From: Octopus sinensis
Taxonomy: Eukaryota
Assembly (NCBI RefSeq): GCF_006345805.1
Contig: NC_043001.1
Span: 133,238,001 to 133,302,000, forward strand
DNA length: 64,000 nt
Direction of reading: 5' to 3'
Shown here one piece after another: positions 11,549 through 25,203 of the stretch. The notes beneath the pieces were generated by a model. That model was not told where the DNA came from, searched no databases, and was given only the letters and a program-made list of their open reading frames with translations. Numbering within the stretch: position 1 is the first letter of the stretch; each line of letters begins with the position of its first letter. The position numbers were made by a program, and so were the translations under genes.

Positions 11549-13832
11549 TAATATTTCCCCATGACCAGACATCTTTCACAGAAGACTGGAAATGATGGAC
11601 ATCAATTGTATAATGGTGATATTCATTTAAAACCAATGAAATGAAGTGCCTTACTAAAGAACATGATATGCCACCTGTTGCAAGAGCCAAACCTCCCAAA
11701 CTTATGATTGTGAGGCCAACGCCCAAAATACTAGGCCACATATATGTGTATGCATTTGTGTGAATGTTTAAAATGTGGAGCTTCACATGGAAGCACCGAG
11801 TTAGAAGACATAGTGGCTTCTGTTGACATTCTCTGTTAATAAATATCAACTCTCAGCCCTGTGCTTTCAAATACAAGAATAAGAAAAAAATCCCTTACTG
11901 GAAAAATAGGTAAGGGTTAGTGACAGGAAAGGTATTGGACTCTAAAACTGTACCTCAATAACATGTATTCATCATATCTGTTGTGCAACAGAAAAATAGA
12001 TATAAAATGAATGCACAATATGAGTGTGCCATCATAAACATCGTCATCATCCTAACATCTACTTTTCTCATACCTGAATGGATTAGATGCAATTTATTGA
12101 GGCAGGTTTTCTATGGCCTGATACCCATCCTTACCTTTTTCCCAGCAAGGTGATATTTCCCTATGGCCAGATATGTTTTCACAGAATGTGTGTGTGCACA
12201 TGCATTTGCATGTATATGTCTGCCAGTATCTTCACACTGAAGCCATTTGGGCAATGGTGACGTTTGTTTACATTTCCCAGAAACGTCTTGTAGTTTTGAT
12301 TAGTGGAAACTAGTAGAATTTTTTTGTTAAGTACCTTACAAGAAATACAAAGGACTGCTGACTGGAATGAATGTTCCTTTAGTAAGTCTCGTCCAACCAT
12401 GCCAGCACGGAAAAAGCAGATGTAAATATGATACAACGCAGAACACAAAATAAAAGCAGTCGTCCTTCGTTTTCACCTGCAGACATAAAAGCTATTGTTT
12501 GGCTCCACATCAGTTCTATTCAAGCAGACTTATCATCCAAAATATCCAGCTGTAACTATCGGGTTTTTATTTAGAGATGGGATAAAACCAAATTATCCAA
12601 CGATCACTTTAAGATGATAAGGCTTGCTTGCTATTTCTCATTCATCATCATTGTTCGACCATGGTCGAGACAATGGAATTTACCATGCTACGCCAGACTT
12701 CACGGTCCATCATGGCATTACGGAGGTCCTGTTGCTGGATGCCTGTATCCCTGGAGATTACATCAGGGTAGGAGAGTGTGCACCCTCTGGTATTGCGAGT
12801 AGATGTGTGCACCCTCTGGTATTGCGAGTAGATGGCTTCCAGAGGAGAAGAGTAGAAATTACTTCTTTTTCAGCTCTACAACAATGTCCAGCAAACTGGA
12901 CTCTCCTACCTTTCACTTGCTATTTCTAGCAGATCGAATGACTGTGGAGAGGCTCCCAGTGGTATGGTAATGAGTACATCAATGATTATTGTGGCCATAA
13001 TTCTGAACATCACCACTTTGGTGAAGAATAATGGGGGCTAATGCAGTTTTGCACCTCTCCTTCAAAGATGCTTTTTGGAAAAAGTTTTTGCGAATTCCCA
13101 CGTTTTAGATGTCAGAGATAACGAATATACAAACAAATTTTTTTTTTAATTTCACCACACCGCACCAATATAAAATTCTGGTTTTGTTTACTTTAAAGAA
13201 ATTATAGCAAATTGACGAACATATGCAAATCAAAATTAAATATAGACAAAAACATTAAAGTGAAAAGAATTTGCATTTTACTTGTGTTCGCCTTAAATAA
13301 TCATAAAATAATAATTGAATGTGAATTCAAAATACACCATTTTATGAGAAACAAACATTAATGTTTAATGATTAATGTTATAAAGTTTAAAAAGGGGCTC
13401 AAATTTCACCCCTCCCCCAATTTTAAATTTTGAACTTCATCCATTTATTTGTCTGTCAATCCCTATCTGTTAATTCAAAAAATACATTTGTCAACTGAAT
13501 GTGACGGTCCTATAGAAGACGGAAATACTGTTGTTTTTAGGCCCAGAAAGACATTCCTAGCTATCTATCTATCTAGCTATCTTTCTGTCTATCTCTTTAT
13601 ACACATATCTATATGCTTATTGAATTTTAATTTTTGAAAATGTGGTTTCTTGCATATTCGGAATCTCCGTTATCTAAAACAGGAAAAAATTTCGAAAAAG
13701 TTCGAAATTTTAAGGAGGGGGGGTGGGATTTTAAAAAATGGTCAACATAAAGATCCTCACCCGAGAACAAAACAAAAATTAACCAGCCTGGGGTGTGTTA
13801 ACAAGTGTGTGGAAAACCAATATGAAAAAAAG

Positions 13833-14375
13833 ACAAATGCGCACTGACGACCCTGGAGGGGGGGGGCTTTCGGAAAATTCACAAGATCCGATTTTTCCGT
13901 CTTAAATTCGGCTAAAATGGATATATATTGATTTATTTTTTTTACGGAATCCGATTCTGAAAAAAAAAGTTTCAAAAATCGCATTTTCAAAATTTCATTA
14001 TGTTATCGCAGTCTAGTGAGATTTGGCTGTTATTTCTAGCATATGGATAGCCTTGTTGAAAAATTGAAATTTTACAAACAATTTTTTTCAGAATCGTAAT
14101 CTTCGTATCTTTCTATGTATTTTGCAACAACAACAAAAAAAAAAAAACAAATTTCCGGAAAAAGTGAAAAGTGATGGGGGTGGGGTAACGGGGATTGAAA
14201 TTTTGAAAATGCGATTTTTGAAACTTTTTTTTTTCAGAATTGGATCCTCCATAATAAAAAACGTGGGATTCCGTTAAAAAAAAATCAATATATATCCATT
14301 TTATCCGAAGTTATGACGGAAAAATCGGATCTTGTGAATTTTCTGAAAACCCCAGGGTCGTCAGCGCGCATTTGT
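13833..14375. repeat. Inverted repeat (arms about 165-180 bp, spacer about 200 bp), probable foldback remnant in MRPL41 intron 1
   Basis: 13833-13997 is the reverse complement of 14196-14375. Contains CGGAAAATTCAC, which also occurs in the 28.5-kb foldback arms. Confidence 0.7.
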
Positions 14376-14495
14376 TTATTTTACCATTAAGGTATTGTAT
14401 ATAAAAAAAAAATGTGGGGTCGGATATACTTTTTAACACCAGCTAATTATACTAGCAATCAACTTAATTATCAACGAAGGACACATGGTACTCAC

Positions 14496-14661
14496 TGTGT
14501 TTAGCAAGAATACTTTGCACCTGTTTATGGTGAGGTTTGTCACGTTTTGCATGTTTTCCAGTAACCTCAAAACGTTGATCGAAAGGATCGCGAGTTTTCT
14601 TGCCCAGGGAAAAGGAACTTGTTCGCAGAGATCGAACAATTTGTAACGTTGACCCCTGCAT
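14496..14661 (-). CDS. MRPL41: MRPL41 (mitochondrial ribosomal protein mL41) exon 1, with a presequence-like N-terminus
   Basis: ATG at 14661: MQGSTLQIVRSLRTSSFSLGKKTRDPF...ILAKH plus 1 nt, then donor GTGAGT at 14495-14490 (phase 1). Joins exon 2 in frame. Confidence 0.85.
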
Positions 14662-14802
14662 GACTACCAAAAGTCATCAATATCAGAGACACCGCTTAAC
14701 GGCTCTCAACTAAATAATCACTTCAAAAATTTTGTTCCGGGTATTATTTATCGTTGTTAAATTTACTACTCCCTTTCCTGCTACTGGTAATGTTGCTGTT
14801 TA

Positions 14803-15173
14803 GTGGAGGCGCAATGGCCCAGTGGTTAGGGCAGCGGACTCGCGGTCATAGGATCGCGGTTTCGATTCCCAGACCGGGCGTTGTGAGTGTTTATTGAGCG
14901 AAAACACCTAAAAGCTCCACGAGGCTCCGGCAGGGGGTGGTGGTGATCCCTGCTGTACTCTTTCACCACAACTTTCTCTCACTCTTACTTCCTGTTTCTG
15001 TTGTACCTGTATTTCAAAGGGCCGGCCTTGTCACTCTCTGTGTCACGCTGAATATCCCCGAGAACTACGTTAAGGGTACACGTGTCTGTGGAGTGCTCAG
15101 CCACTTACACAGGCTGTTCCGTTGATTCGAATCAACCGGAACCCTCATCGTCGTAACCGACGGAGTGCTTCCA
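14803..15173 (+). mobile_element. SINE family A, about 140 bp upstream of the MRPL41 ATG
   Basis: About 15-bp TSD aatgttgYtgtttag. Confidence 0.88.
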
Positions 15174-15659
15174 CAATGTTGTTGTTTAGCCCCATGTCAA
15201 CCGTGACTGAGCAAATCAATGCTTAACCTGCTAGGGTCGTTTTAACAGCATTAAAGGCCTCTAACAACCAAATAATACGTAGATTAGCTTCGGGTCTCCA
15301 TTGTGTCCATGAATTGACGATATTTAGATCTATTATCTAATATTGGAACTTGTTAAATTTTTCGAACCACTACCACTTGAAGTTTTTCAAATTTTCAAAA
15401 AAATGTACTTCTGATGCAGTTTTGCCTGCTGATAGCGAAAATTGCATTTATTGTTTCAAGAAATAAGTAATAAAGAAATTACAAGCATTGAAAGTTACGT
15501 AATTTTAGCCCGTTGGAAGCGTCCTTTGCCAATAAATCAGAAGTCACAAGAGTTGTCAAGGAAATCAGCAAAGACAAATTAAGACAAGAAAGATGAAACC
15601 TTTACGTAGTCTCAACATGTTAGAAGTAGTAGCCGAATCTTCCTTAAATTATACCTTAA

Positions 15660-16049
15660 CTAGCAGTATCGCCCGGCGTTGCTCGGGTTTGTAAGGGAAA
15701 TAACTATATAAGCATTTTTAGAGATGTAAAGTATAATAGCCATCTCAATATGGCTAACACAAAGGGGGGTGTTACTGTAGCTTTTTACGTTCTAAGATTT
15801 AATAATTTTTAGAGAGTTACTTCCCTTATATATGCCAAAAATGCATTAAAAATGTGAAAAATTGATTGTAAATTTTTTTTTAAATCGTAGACTCATCGTA
15901 GACGCGCGCTAATACCCAGAAGGGCTCGATATGAATCACGACTATAAGATACCCGGTTTTGGTTAAACTGCACCGCAAAATGTGGGAGTAGTTAGGAATC
16001 TAAATCGTAGGAGACAGACAGCACACAACTTTACTTTTATATATAAAGA
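15660..16049 (-). mobile_element. Non-autonomous Helitron, same family as 36737-37137
   Basis: Reverse-complement copy with the same termini, hairpin and A|T target. Confidence 0.85.
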
Positions 16050-16597
16050 TATCTAAACAGCGAAAAGAACAACACATTATTAACATGGTTGGAGGTATTG
16101 GATTGTTCATTCATTATTAGAGAACTAATGGTCTTAAATTCACAGCAAAACTAAATACGTTTATTTTATGTAATTATAAGCAACATGTGGGTATGTCTAC
16201 AAAGTCAGAAAACAGCACAGCTCCCATGACTTTCGGAAACGTTTTGTCACACTCAGAGTTGCTGAAGCATGGAACAAACTACTTGCATCAGTTGTTAGTT
16301 GCCGAGACATTGCATCCTTTAAAACCTCCAACACTACACTTGATATCACCCCTCCATACACATGTACACATGTATATCATGACGCTTACACTGTTCACTT
16401 TCCTGACTTTCGTACATAATTCTATGTACTGTATATGCACCTTTGATGAGTTGTAGTGCACCTGAGCACTATTCACAATAATTTAATTACTATTATAAGC
16501 ACGTTGAACAAAAAATTAGCATGTTTATCATACACTTACTGATAGATATTTTGAAGTAGTTTTATAGGAGAAAATTTATGAGCTTGTACTTGTAAAT

Positions 16598-16983
16598 GGG
16601 AAGCACTCCGTCGGTTACGACGACGAGGGTTCCGGTTGATCCGAATCAACGGAACAGCCTGCTCGTGAAATTAACGTGTTAGAGGCTGAGCACTCCACAG
16701 ACACGTGTACCCTTAACGTAGTTCTCGGGGATATTCAGCGTGACACAGAGAGTGACAAGGCCGGCCCCTTGAAATACAGGTACAACAGAAACAGGAAATA
16801 AGAGTGAGAGAAAGTTGTGGTGAAAGAGTACAGCAGGGATCACCACCATCCCCTGCCGGAGCCTCGTGGAGCTTTTAGGTGTTTTCGCTCAATAAACACT
16901 CACAACGCCCGGTCTGGGAATCGAAACCGTGATCCTATGACCGCGAGTCCACTGCCCTAACCACTGGGCCATTGCGCCTCCAC
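16598..16983 (-). mobile_element. SINE family A
   Basis: TSD acttgtaaat on both sides. Confidence 0.88.
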
Positions 16984-17139
16984 ACTTGTAAATACAAAAG
17001 CTGTGACAGAATACTGGGAAAAAGTACGAAACCACAAATTTAACATGAATTGTATTTCAGTTTTTATCTTCCTTTAGATTAATTGTATGGCTTTTTGTGT
17101 TTTGTTCAAGAGAATTACCATACAGCTGCATAAAGTGGT

Positions 17140-18260
17140 GATTCTAAATGTGGAGGGAACCTGTGGAAAAGATATGAGTAATAATTTCCAAATGCTGGGC
17201 CTCACTGAGGAAATGACAAGGGACCAGGAGTTGCGGCAATTTGCTGTACTTGAGAAGAGGTAACAAGCTATGTAAAATTACTGTCATCCATACATACAGG
17301 CTTGACCTATACTGGTGCTGGTACCACATAGAATACACTTGTGCTGCTGCTGCACAAATGCACCCATATTGGTGGTATGTAAATGGCACCCAGCACACTC
17401 TGTAAAGTGGTTGGCATTACAAAGAGCATCCAGTCATAGAAATCATGCCACAACAGACAATTCTGGCCAGTTCCTGTCAAACTGTCCAACCCATGCCAGC
17501 ATGGAAAGCAGATGTTAAACAATGATGATGATGTTATGCCCAAATTTTTGACTATGGTGTTTGATGTTTAGTGTAACTGCAATCAGCTATTAGGATTATG
17601 CACCATTCCTACAGTTTTGCTGTCATTGCAATAACTCATTGCAAATAACTGACAGGCAGATAAAAGTTTAACATGCCCTTTCATCCTTCCTGGAAAATTT
17701 TCATTGAGATAATTAAAAAATGTCATTTCCTCTGTGAGCCCCAACATCCTAAGATCGGTCCTTACCAGTTCATCCCATGTCTTTCTGGGTCTCCCTCTTC
17801 CACGGGTACTATCCACTTTCAGTAACAGGCACTGTCTTCTTTCATATGCAACACATGCACTACATGTCCAAACCAACACAATCTCCTCTCTTGCATACCA
17901 CATTTAATCCCTCTTATACCCAACTTTTCTCTCAACACAGTTGTGCTTTGTTGGTCATGCACACTGATGTTGCAAATCTAATGGAGCATACTACCTTCAT
18001 TCCTCTCCAGTCTATGCATGTCTTCTGCATTCAGAGCCCATGTCACACTACCATGGAGTATAGCCGTTTTCACACAAGCACCATACAATCTACCTTTCAC
18101 TTTGAGAGAGAGAACTTTTGCTGCCAACAGAGGTAGTAGTTCTCTGAACTGCCTCCATCCTATTCTTATTCTAGAAACAATACTTTCGGAGCATCTACCA
18201 CCATTACTAATTTAGTCACCTAAATAGCAGAAACTATCTACTACCTCAAGAGAGCCTCCT
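17140..18260. mobile_element. Two RTE fragments in opposite orientations (17140-17535 +, 17720-18260 -)
   Basis: RGRGRPRKTWDELVRTDLRMLGLTEEM on minus; 3' UTR with gatgat tail on plus. Confidence 0.75.
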
Positions 18261-18299
18261 GAGCACTAGAGAGAGCTTAAGTCCTTCGTGCTCTTAGTA

Positions 18300-18985
18300 C
18301 TTATTGAATGAAGACATCCTGAAAATCCATGAACTGATCTTGGAGGACTGTTACTGAACAATTGGCGATATTGTTGATCTGACTGGTGTGTCCTGGAGCT
18401 CCTGCTAATGAATTTTGTGCGAGGAATTGTGAATGAAAAAGAGTTGCAGAAAAATTTGTGCTTTGCTTGCTCAAGGAAGATCAAAAGCAATCATGACTGA
18501 ATGCATGTCATGTACCTAAAGAACAGTTGAAAGTTAATTTGGACTTTAATTCAAAGGTCATTATTGGTGATGAAAGCTGGTGCTATGGCTACAACCTGGA
18601 AATGAAACAGTAATCAAGTCAATAGAAGCATTCTGTGTCACTGCACCCCAAAAAAGCACACCAGGTGAAGTCCAATGTCAAGGCAATGCTGATTCGTTTC
18701 ATTGATATGAAAGGAATTGTCCACACACAATTTGTTCCTCCTGGTCAAACTGCCAACTAGACATTTTATTTCGCAGTCCTGAAGCATTTGTGAGACGTGG
18801 TGAGACAAAAACATCTTGACCTGTGGTGAAGTGGAGAGCAGGAGTTTCATCATGACAATCTACTTGTGTATGCTGCTTTGAGTGTGAGACAGTTACCCAC
18901 CTTACCCACCCTCTATTCACCAGATCTTGCTCCCCGGGACATTTTTTTGTTCCCTTGAATGAAAAAAGTCCTTAAAGCAAAGTGT
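18300..18985 (+). pseudogene. Decayed mariner transposase fragment
   Basis: IIGDESWCYGY...KAMLIRFIDMKGIVHTQFVPPGQT...HPLYSPDLAP with several stops. Confidence 0.8.
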
Positions 18986-19106
18986 GATGTTTACCTTATA
19001 AATAGCATCACAATTTCTCTGAATAATCAGTTAGTACATACTTAGAGAGATCATCTTCAATAACTTGAAGATCTTTATTTTCTTTTTGAGAGAGTTCAGT
19101 TCTTAT

Positions 19107-19523
19107 ACTCTTTTTACTCTTTTACTTGTTTCAGTCATTTGACTGCGGCCATGCTGGAGCACCGCCTTTAGTCAAGCAAATCGACCCCGGGACTTATTCT
19201 TTGTAGGCCCAGTACTTATTCCATCGGTCTCTTTTGCCGAACCGCTAAGTGACGGGGACGTAAACACACCAGCTTCGGCTGTCAAGCAATGCAAGGGGGA
19301 CAAACACAGACACACAAACACACACACACATACATATATATATATACATATACATATATACGACAGGCTTCTTTCAGTTTCCATCTACCAAATCCACTCA
19401 CAAGGCTTTGGTCGGCCCGGGGCTATAGCAGAAGACACTTGCCCAAGATGCCACGCCGTGGGACTGAACCCAGAACCATGTGGTTGGTAAGCAAGCTACT
19501 TACCACACAGCCACTCCTACGCT
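19107..19523 (-). mobile_element. SINE family B
   Basis: Full-length copy. Confidence 0.88.
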
Positions 19524-19653
19524 TATGCAAGTTCTTTAACCCTTTTGATACCAACCTGCATGAAACCACCTCTGGCTCTGTAGTACAAATGTCTTGTTTT
19601 CAAAAGTTCTGAATTAAAATCTTCTACCAAACATTAGTCACAATTTATGTTCT

Positions 19654-21126
19654 GGATCTATTCAGAGAATATCTCAATCATAGATTTTTAAAATTAATTT
19701 TTTTTAACTAAACAGTTTGAAACTTCGAATACTGATAGAATTTTTCACATAGAACACAGTTTACTCTGAACGTTTTTGACCAAATTTTGCATTTTAGAAG
19801 TTATTTTGTGTTAACGTTGTTGTATTTGGGTAATTTCAACCAATCAATGATGTGTATTTGGTTGAAAAAAGCTACTGCTGTTTGCGATAGTAATCGAAGA
19901 GTAACAACTTCTGGGTCATCTCTACTAAATGTCGCCATGAGTCCGCAGCTACTAAATGTCATCTCTACTAAATGTCGCCATGAGTCCGCAGCTAGCTTTT
20001 TTGTTATTGACGTATATGTAATTTCAAAATGCCTTATTTTACATCTATGAGATGTATTGTTATTGTCACGATCTTATCTTACTATAATCAATATCAAATA
20101 CATTTTGTCAATATAAAAGTCTTTATTAGATAAAAAATAACTTTATCAAAATATGAAGGTAAAACAAAACAAATATGCTTTGTTTTCTTCCAGGCACCAA
20201 TGTACTGTAGCTGTAAGCCACGCTCTAGATTTTCCAGGTAAAAAATAGTGGCTTATACACTGGAAAATATGGTAATTGCATTGGCAGTGACAAGTTTGCT
20301 CGCTGGTTAGTTAGTTAGTTAGTTAGTTAATTTGGCTCAAAAGCAAATAGCAAGGTCATGTAGGGGGACATGGAGTTAAGTACAGGGTGGTGTTCATGTA
20401 AAGAGTTCAGGCCACTTGAGGTCCAGGGAGGCTTTGAACAAAGTGGTCGTCGGCATCTTCACCATCTCGTCTGGCAGCTTGTTCCACGGATCCGCAACCC
20501 GGACGGAGAAAGCTCCTCTCCTTCGATTAAGATGAAATCGTCGCAGGTAGAGCTTTTCGGAATGACCCCGCAGCCGACGCTCTGGAGCAGGAGTGAAGAA
20601 CAGCTCTTTCGAGAGGTTACACTTTCCGCTTATGATGTTGTGGGCGAGAATGAGATCACCACGGCGGCGGCGTTTTTCAAGAGAATAAAGGTCGAGCGTC
20701 CTCAGCCTTTCTTCGTAGGACAAATTTTTGAGACCATGATACTTGATAGTTTAGAAGGGAGGGAAAGAGTAAGGAATGCACAGTGATGGCTACTTGAAAG
20801 AAAGGATAAAAGTGGCATCGTCTTCACACAACATAAAAATAGAACAGAGTAGTGACATTTAGTAGAGATGACCCAGAAGTCGTTCCTCTTTGATTTCTAT
20901 TGCAAACAGCAGTAGCTTTCTTCAACCAAATACACATCATTGATTGGTTGAAATTACTCAAATACGACATCTTTAACATGAAATAACTTCTAAAATATGA
21001 AATTTGGTCAAAAACATTTAGAGTAAACCATGTTCTACTTGAGAAATTCTACCAGTATTCAAAGTTTCAAACAGTTTAGTAAAAAAAATTAATTTAAAAA
21101 ATCTGCGCTTGAGATGGAATAGATAC
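19654..21126. mobile_element. Long-TIR non-autonomous DNA transposon (Merlin-like), 8-bp TSD, carrying a nested CR1 3' fragment
   Basis: TSD TATGTTCT at 19646-19653 and 21127-21134. Termini GGATCTATTC and GAATAGATAC. Inverted arms of about 290 bp (19654-19945 and 20852-21126). Confidence 0.85.
20296..20735 (-). mobile_element. CR1 3' fragment (same family as 48280), nested in the 19654-21126 element
   Basis: SYEERLRTLDLYSLEKRRRRGDLI...WNKLP; (TAAC)n tail on minus. Confidence 0.9.
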
Positions 21127-23745
21127 TATGTTCTTAACACTAGATTAATGATAACTAAGTTATTTTACTAAATTCTTTGTTGTATTTAAAATTTGCACAT
21201 GCGTAATTTACGCTGTTGATTTTCAGGATAAAAATTGTTAAAAAAAACGCTTCTACTTGTGTAAAATTTGCACCCAAAAGTTTCCAGAATTTCCGATATG
21301 GCCAGGGGAAAAAGGTTTTCAATTTAGTTGTATAGCATAATTTCACTTACTTATGATTAGATTTCATTAAATTTTCGTCAAATAAAAATAATTTCTGTTT
21401 AACAGGTAGAAAGCTATTAAATTACAAAGTGTTTGTATTGTTTATAATAAATTTTATTTTACATTTCTTGCTCACAAGAAATTATGTCTGATCTTTAGCA
21501 TACTTTTGTATGTCTTCTCAAATCACAATCACAGGAAAAGTTGTTGATAATTCTTACCAACAAAAACAAAGCTGATAATTATGCACAAGTGTTGCAAAAT
21601 AAGCTTAATTACCAATAAACATCAGCTCGGATGACACTTTACTCAACCGACAGAGGAAGGTGACCAATCAAACTGATTATGGAAACAGAATTTTGATTGG
21701 TTGAAAGTGTCTTCTTGTTTCAAGCTCTGATTTTCTGCCTATACTCACTTGATTCAGAACCTTTGATACAGAGTATCGAATTTTAATCCCTTTCACACTT
21801 ATAAAATGTCAAGCAAACTTAAAAATTTATCATTACCGCTTTAGCCAGGAGACCACCTTGATAGTTTGGTAACCGGCTAAAATGAACATTAAAAATTGAA
21901 AGGAGAAAATAAACAGCTTTGCAAATTTAAATCAGTGTTTATTGAACAAGAGAGAGGTGGGAAATTCAAGAAGCAACTTCTTAGAATATATATGTCTGTG
22001 AGGAGACATAAACAAGAATAGCAAAAATTTACTATACCAAAAGAACTGGTAATACATACATTACAAATGTTCTATGAAGTGAACATAAGATTGCTGCATA
22101 ATTCAACATGAATGTGTAACGACATTAAACATCATATAAGGTAAATAAAGCTTGTGTAAGAATGCTAAGTCATATTCACTTAGTGAGTTTACATGCACAA
22201 GGATGAATTATGTTGTCATTGGTGTTAGATGCAGTAAGAGCTGGTCGTGGCGATGTCGGTAGTGATGAATTTCATTGTCCTAACATGGAGAAAGTGAGCA
22301 ATAGGTTCCTGGAGGCAAACGCAAGCTAGACTTCTTAAGTGGAGAAAAACTGATCTATTTAAGGAAATTGCTGGGTTCCATTGTGATAGGTAGAAACTCC
22401 AAGCAAAGTAAAATATGGCCCAGACCATGATTACCAGCATGAACGTCAAACTTCAAAAAGTAGTTAACCATTGAATGGTTTTAGTAAATTTATATGGAAA
22501 AAGTTAGCATTATACCGTCCAGCATAAATAAAAGTCAACTTCATTATACTTTTTCTGTAAAAACCTATTCTGTAATTAAATGAGTCAACTTCTGATACGA
22601 ATGTTTATTTTTGTATGTCATTTTACAACAAAAAAAATTTCTAAAAAATTCTGGAAACGATTTACTCATGTAATTTACCCACCCACTAAAGTTTATTTTT
22701 GTTTTTGTGAAAAAAGTGCGTAAATTACATGGGTTTTTATGGTAATTGAAAGAAACACAGAATATCTCAACAGAAATATGGTAACATATGAGAGTTGCTG
22801 AAGCATGGAACAAACTGCCAGCATCAGTTGTTAGTTGTCGGAGCACTGCATCCTTCAAAACTTCCATGCTTTCTGAGATTCGCCAACACTACACCTGATT
22901 TTCTCCCCTCCATACACACCCAAAAATTGTACCTGACTCATACACTGTTCGCTTTCCAGACATTTGTACATTACTGCTAATATTTTAAATGCACTTTCTG
23001 ACAAGTTGTGGTGCACCTGAGCACTGTATACAATAATTTCATTATTATTATAAAAGGGTTAAATTAGACAACAAAGTTCTAAAAGTCCTAGTATTCATTT
23101 GAAAATATATCTGGATGATCTGTGCCCATTTCTTCTGGGGTTCATAAAGGAGCATGTAACAAAATTGTTCTAGTGTCACAACAAACTACCTACCATGGAA
23201 TATGAATTCACTGTCTTTGAGTTTGTAATTGAAAATAGTTTACTTCATCAGTTTATCTTTATCCAACTTTCCATGTCAACATAGCTTGAACGAGCTTGAT
23301 ACACCTTAACTGTCTATATTTTTCAGCCGTTAATAAATACAATACCAACATGCTGTATATTAGCTCTACCTGTATTCAGTGTTTGTAAATATGAAATATG
23401 CAAGTCATCTGGTTGATTATTATTTAAGTCACCTTGATATTACAACCTTACCAACACTTATTGCTGTTGTAAGTATCTAGGTTAGATAGTACAATACTGT
23501 TCTTTTTTTTTTTTTCGCTTTCACTTGCTACAAAGGCCTCCAATTCCCTGACCTAGAACATTATGAACTATCCCCATGGAGGCATGTCTTTTGTGTCATT
23601 CCTACTACTTCTCCTTCATTTCTCCTCTAGACTATGCACAAATCATTCCTTCTGAGTGCTCTAACCCTTTGGAATTCTTTTGCTGCCCAGATTTTCCTAA
23701 CAACATCAATGTCCGTAACATTAATCTGAACATCAACAGTATTAA

Positions 23746-24329
23746 CCCCTTACCCGGCAGAAACGAATATATGCGTTTTGACCGAAATCGTTTTTTTCTA
23801 TCTCTGGCTAGTTAACTCGTCAAAAGATAGACTCGCCAAAATCGACAGCAAACGAGTTCCTTTGTCTATTATAAACTCTTTTTTGACATATACGAGTATA
23901 TTCGCTCACTTTATACGTCTGGCAGTGACGATTTCTGCCACCTTTCGCTTGAGTAAGGCATTGAAGACCGAGTATGATTTAGTCACCTGGAGACAGTTGA
24001 AGAGTTGGAAGGCACATTTTATGAATAGAAGTATTCACTTTGTTTTTACGTTGTTTTTTTTATACCTTTATATTATAACCCCACCATGTCGATAACCAAA
24101 TAAAATAACATGATTTTTTTGTAAAAGTAATATGATTTATGAAAAAAATGGGTTAACTCGTTTCTGCCCAAAGCGGTAATTTAAAATCAATATTATTGAA
24201 TTAAAATTCATAATAAATAAGGTTTGAAATATACCTCGAAATCACCATTCAAAACATAGTAAAATAAAACAATTAAAAAATATGTCTGAAAAAATACATT
24301 TATTTTCAAAATAATTGTTGGGTAAGGGG
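23746..24329. mobile_element. piggyBac-type non-autonomous element
   Basis: TTAA|CCCCTTACCC...GGGTAAGGGG|TTAA. Confidence 0.75.
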
Positions 24330-24861
24330 TTAATTTCATTTGTCTGAGATAGACTCCATGCATGTGTGAGCTGACAGTCGTCATCAACATTGTCGTTTTC
24401 ATTGTTGTTGTCATTGCCACCGTCATGTTCATCGTCATCACTGTCATTGTTGCCATCGTCATCATTGTTGTCACTGCTGCTGTCATCATCATCGTTGTTG
24501 TTGTTTGATGTCCACTTTCTATGCTGGTATGGGCTGGACTGTTTGACAGGATTTGTCAAGCAGCAAGGCTACATTCGGCTTCAATGTCAGCTTTGGCATG
24601 GTTTCTATGGCTGGATGCCCTTCCTAATGCAAACCACTTTATACAGTGAAGAGGGTGCATTTTTCATGCCACTAACTCTAACGAGGTTGCCAAGTGATTT
24701 GCAAGATAAAAAAAAAAACAGGAAAAAGCTTTCTGTATTAAATAAGGAGTATTTGAGATGGGAAGGTGGCTTTATGCTGAAAGTCTAAAGAGAGAGGGAC
24801 AAGCATAGGTATATAGGTGGTTCACCATCTCCTACACCAGGACCCTCATAGTTAGGAAGCA

Positions 24862-25203
24862 TGAGGGTTCCGGTTGATCCGAATCAACGGAACAGCCTGC
24901 TCGTGAAATTAACTCCACAGACACGTGCACCCTTAATGTAGTTCTCGGGGATATACAGCGTGACACAGAGAGTGACAAGGCCGGCCCTTTGAAATACAGG
25001 TACAACAGAAACAGGAAGTAAGAGTGAGAGAAAGTTGTGGTGAAAGAGTACAGCAGGGATCACCACCATCCCCTGCCGGGGGCCTCGTGGAGCTTTTAGG
25101 TGTTTTCGCTCAATAAACACTCACAACGCCCGGTCTGGGAATCGAAACCGCGATCCTATGACCACGAGTCCACTGCCCTAACCACTGGGCCATTGCGCCT
25201 CCA
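24862..25203 (-). mobile_element. SINE family A
   Basis: Near full-length. A 5' fragment also lies at about 35976-36140 (-). Confidence 0.85.

Noticed and set aside
22225-22449. ORF as a host gene
   Set aside because: No splice context; at most a faint resemblance to a decayed LINE endonuclease, too weak to call.
24385-24510. Asn/Asp-rich ORF on minus
   Set aside because: Degenerate trinucleotide expansion continuous with an RTE (GAT)n tail.
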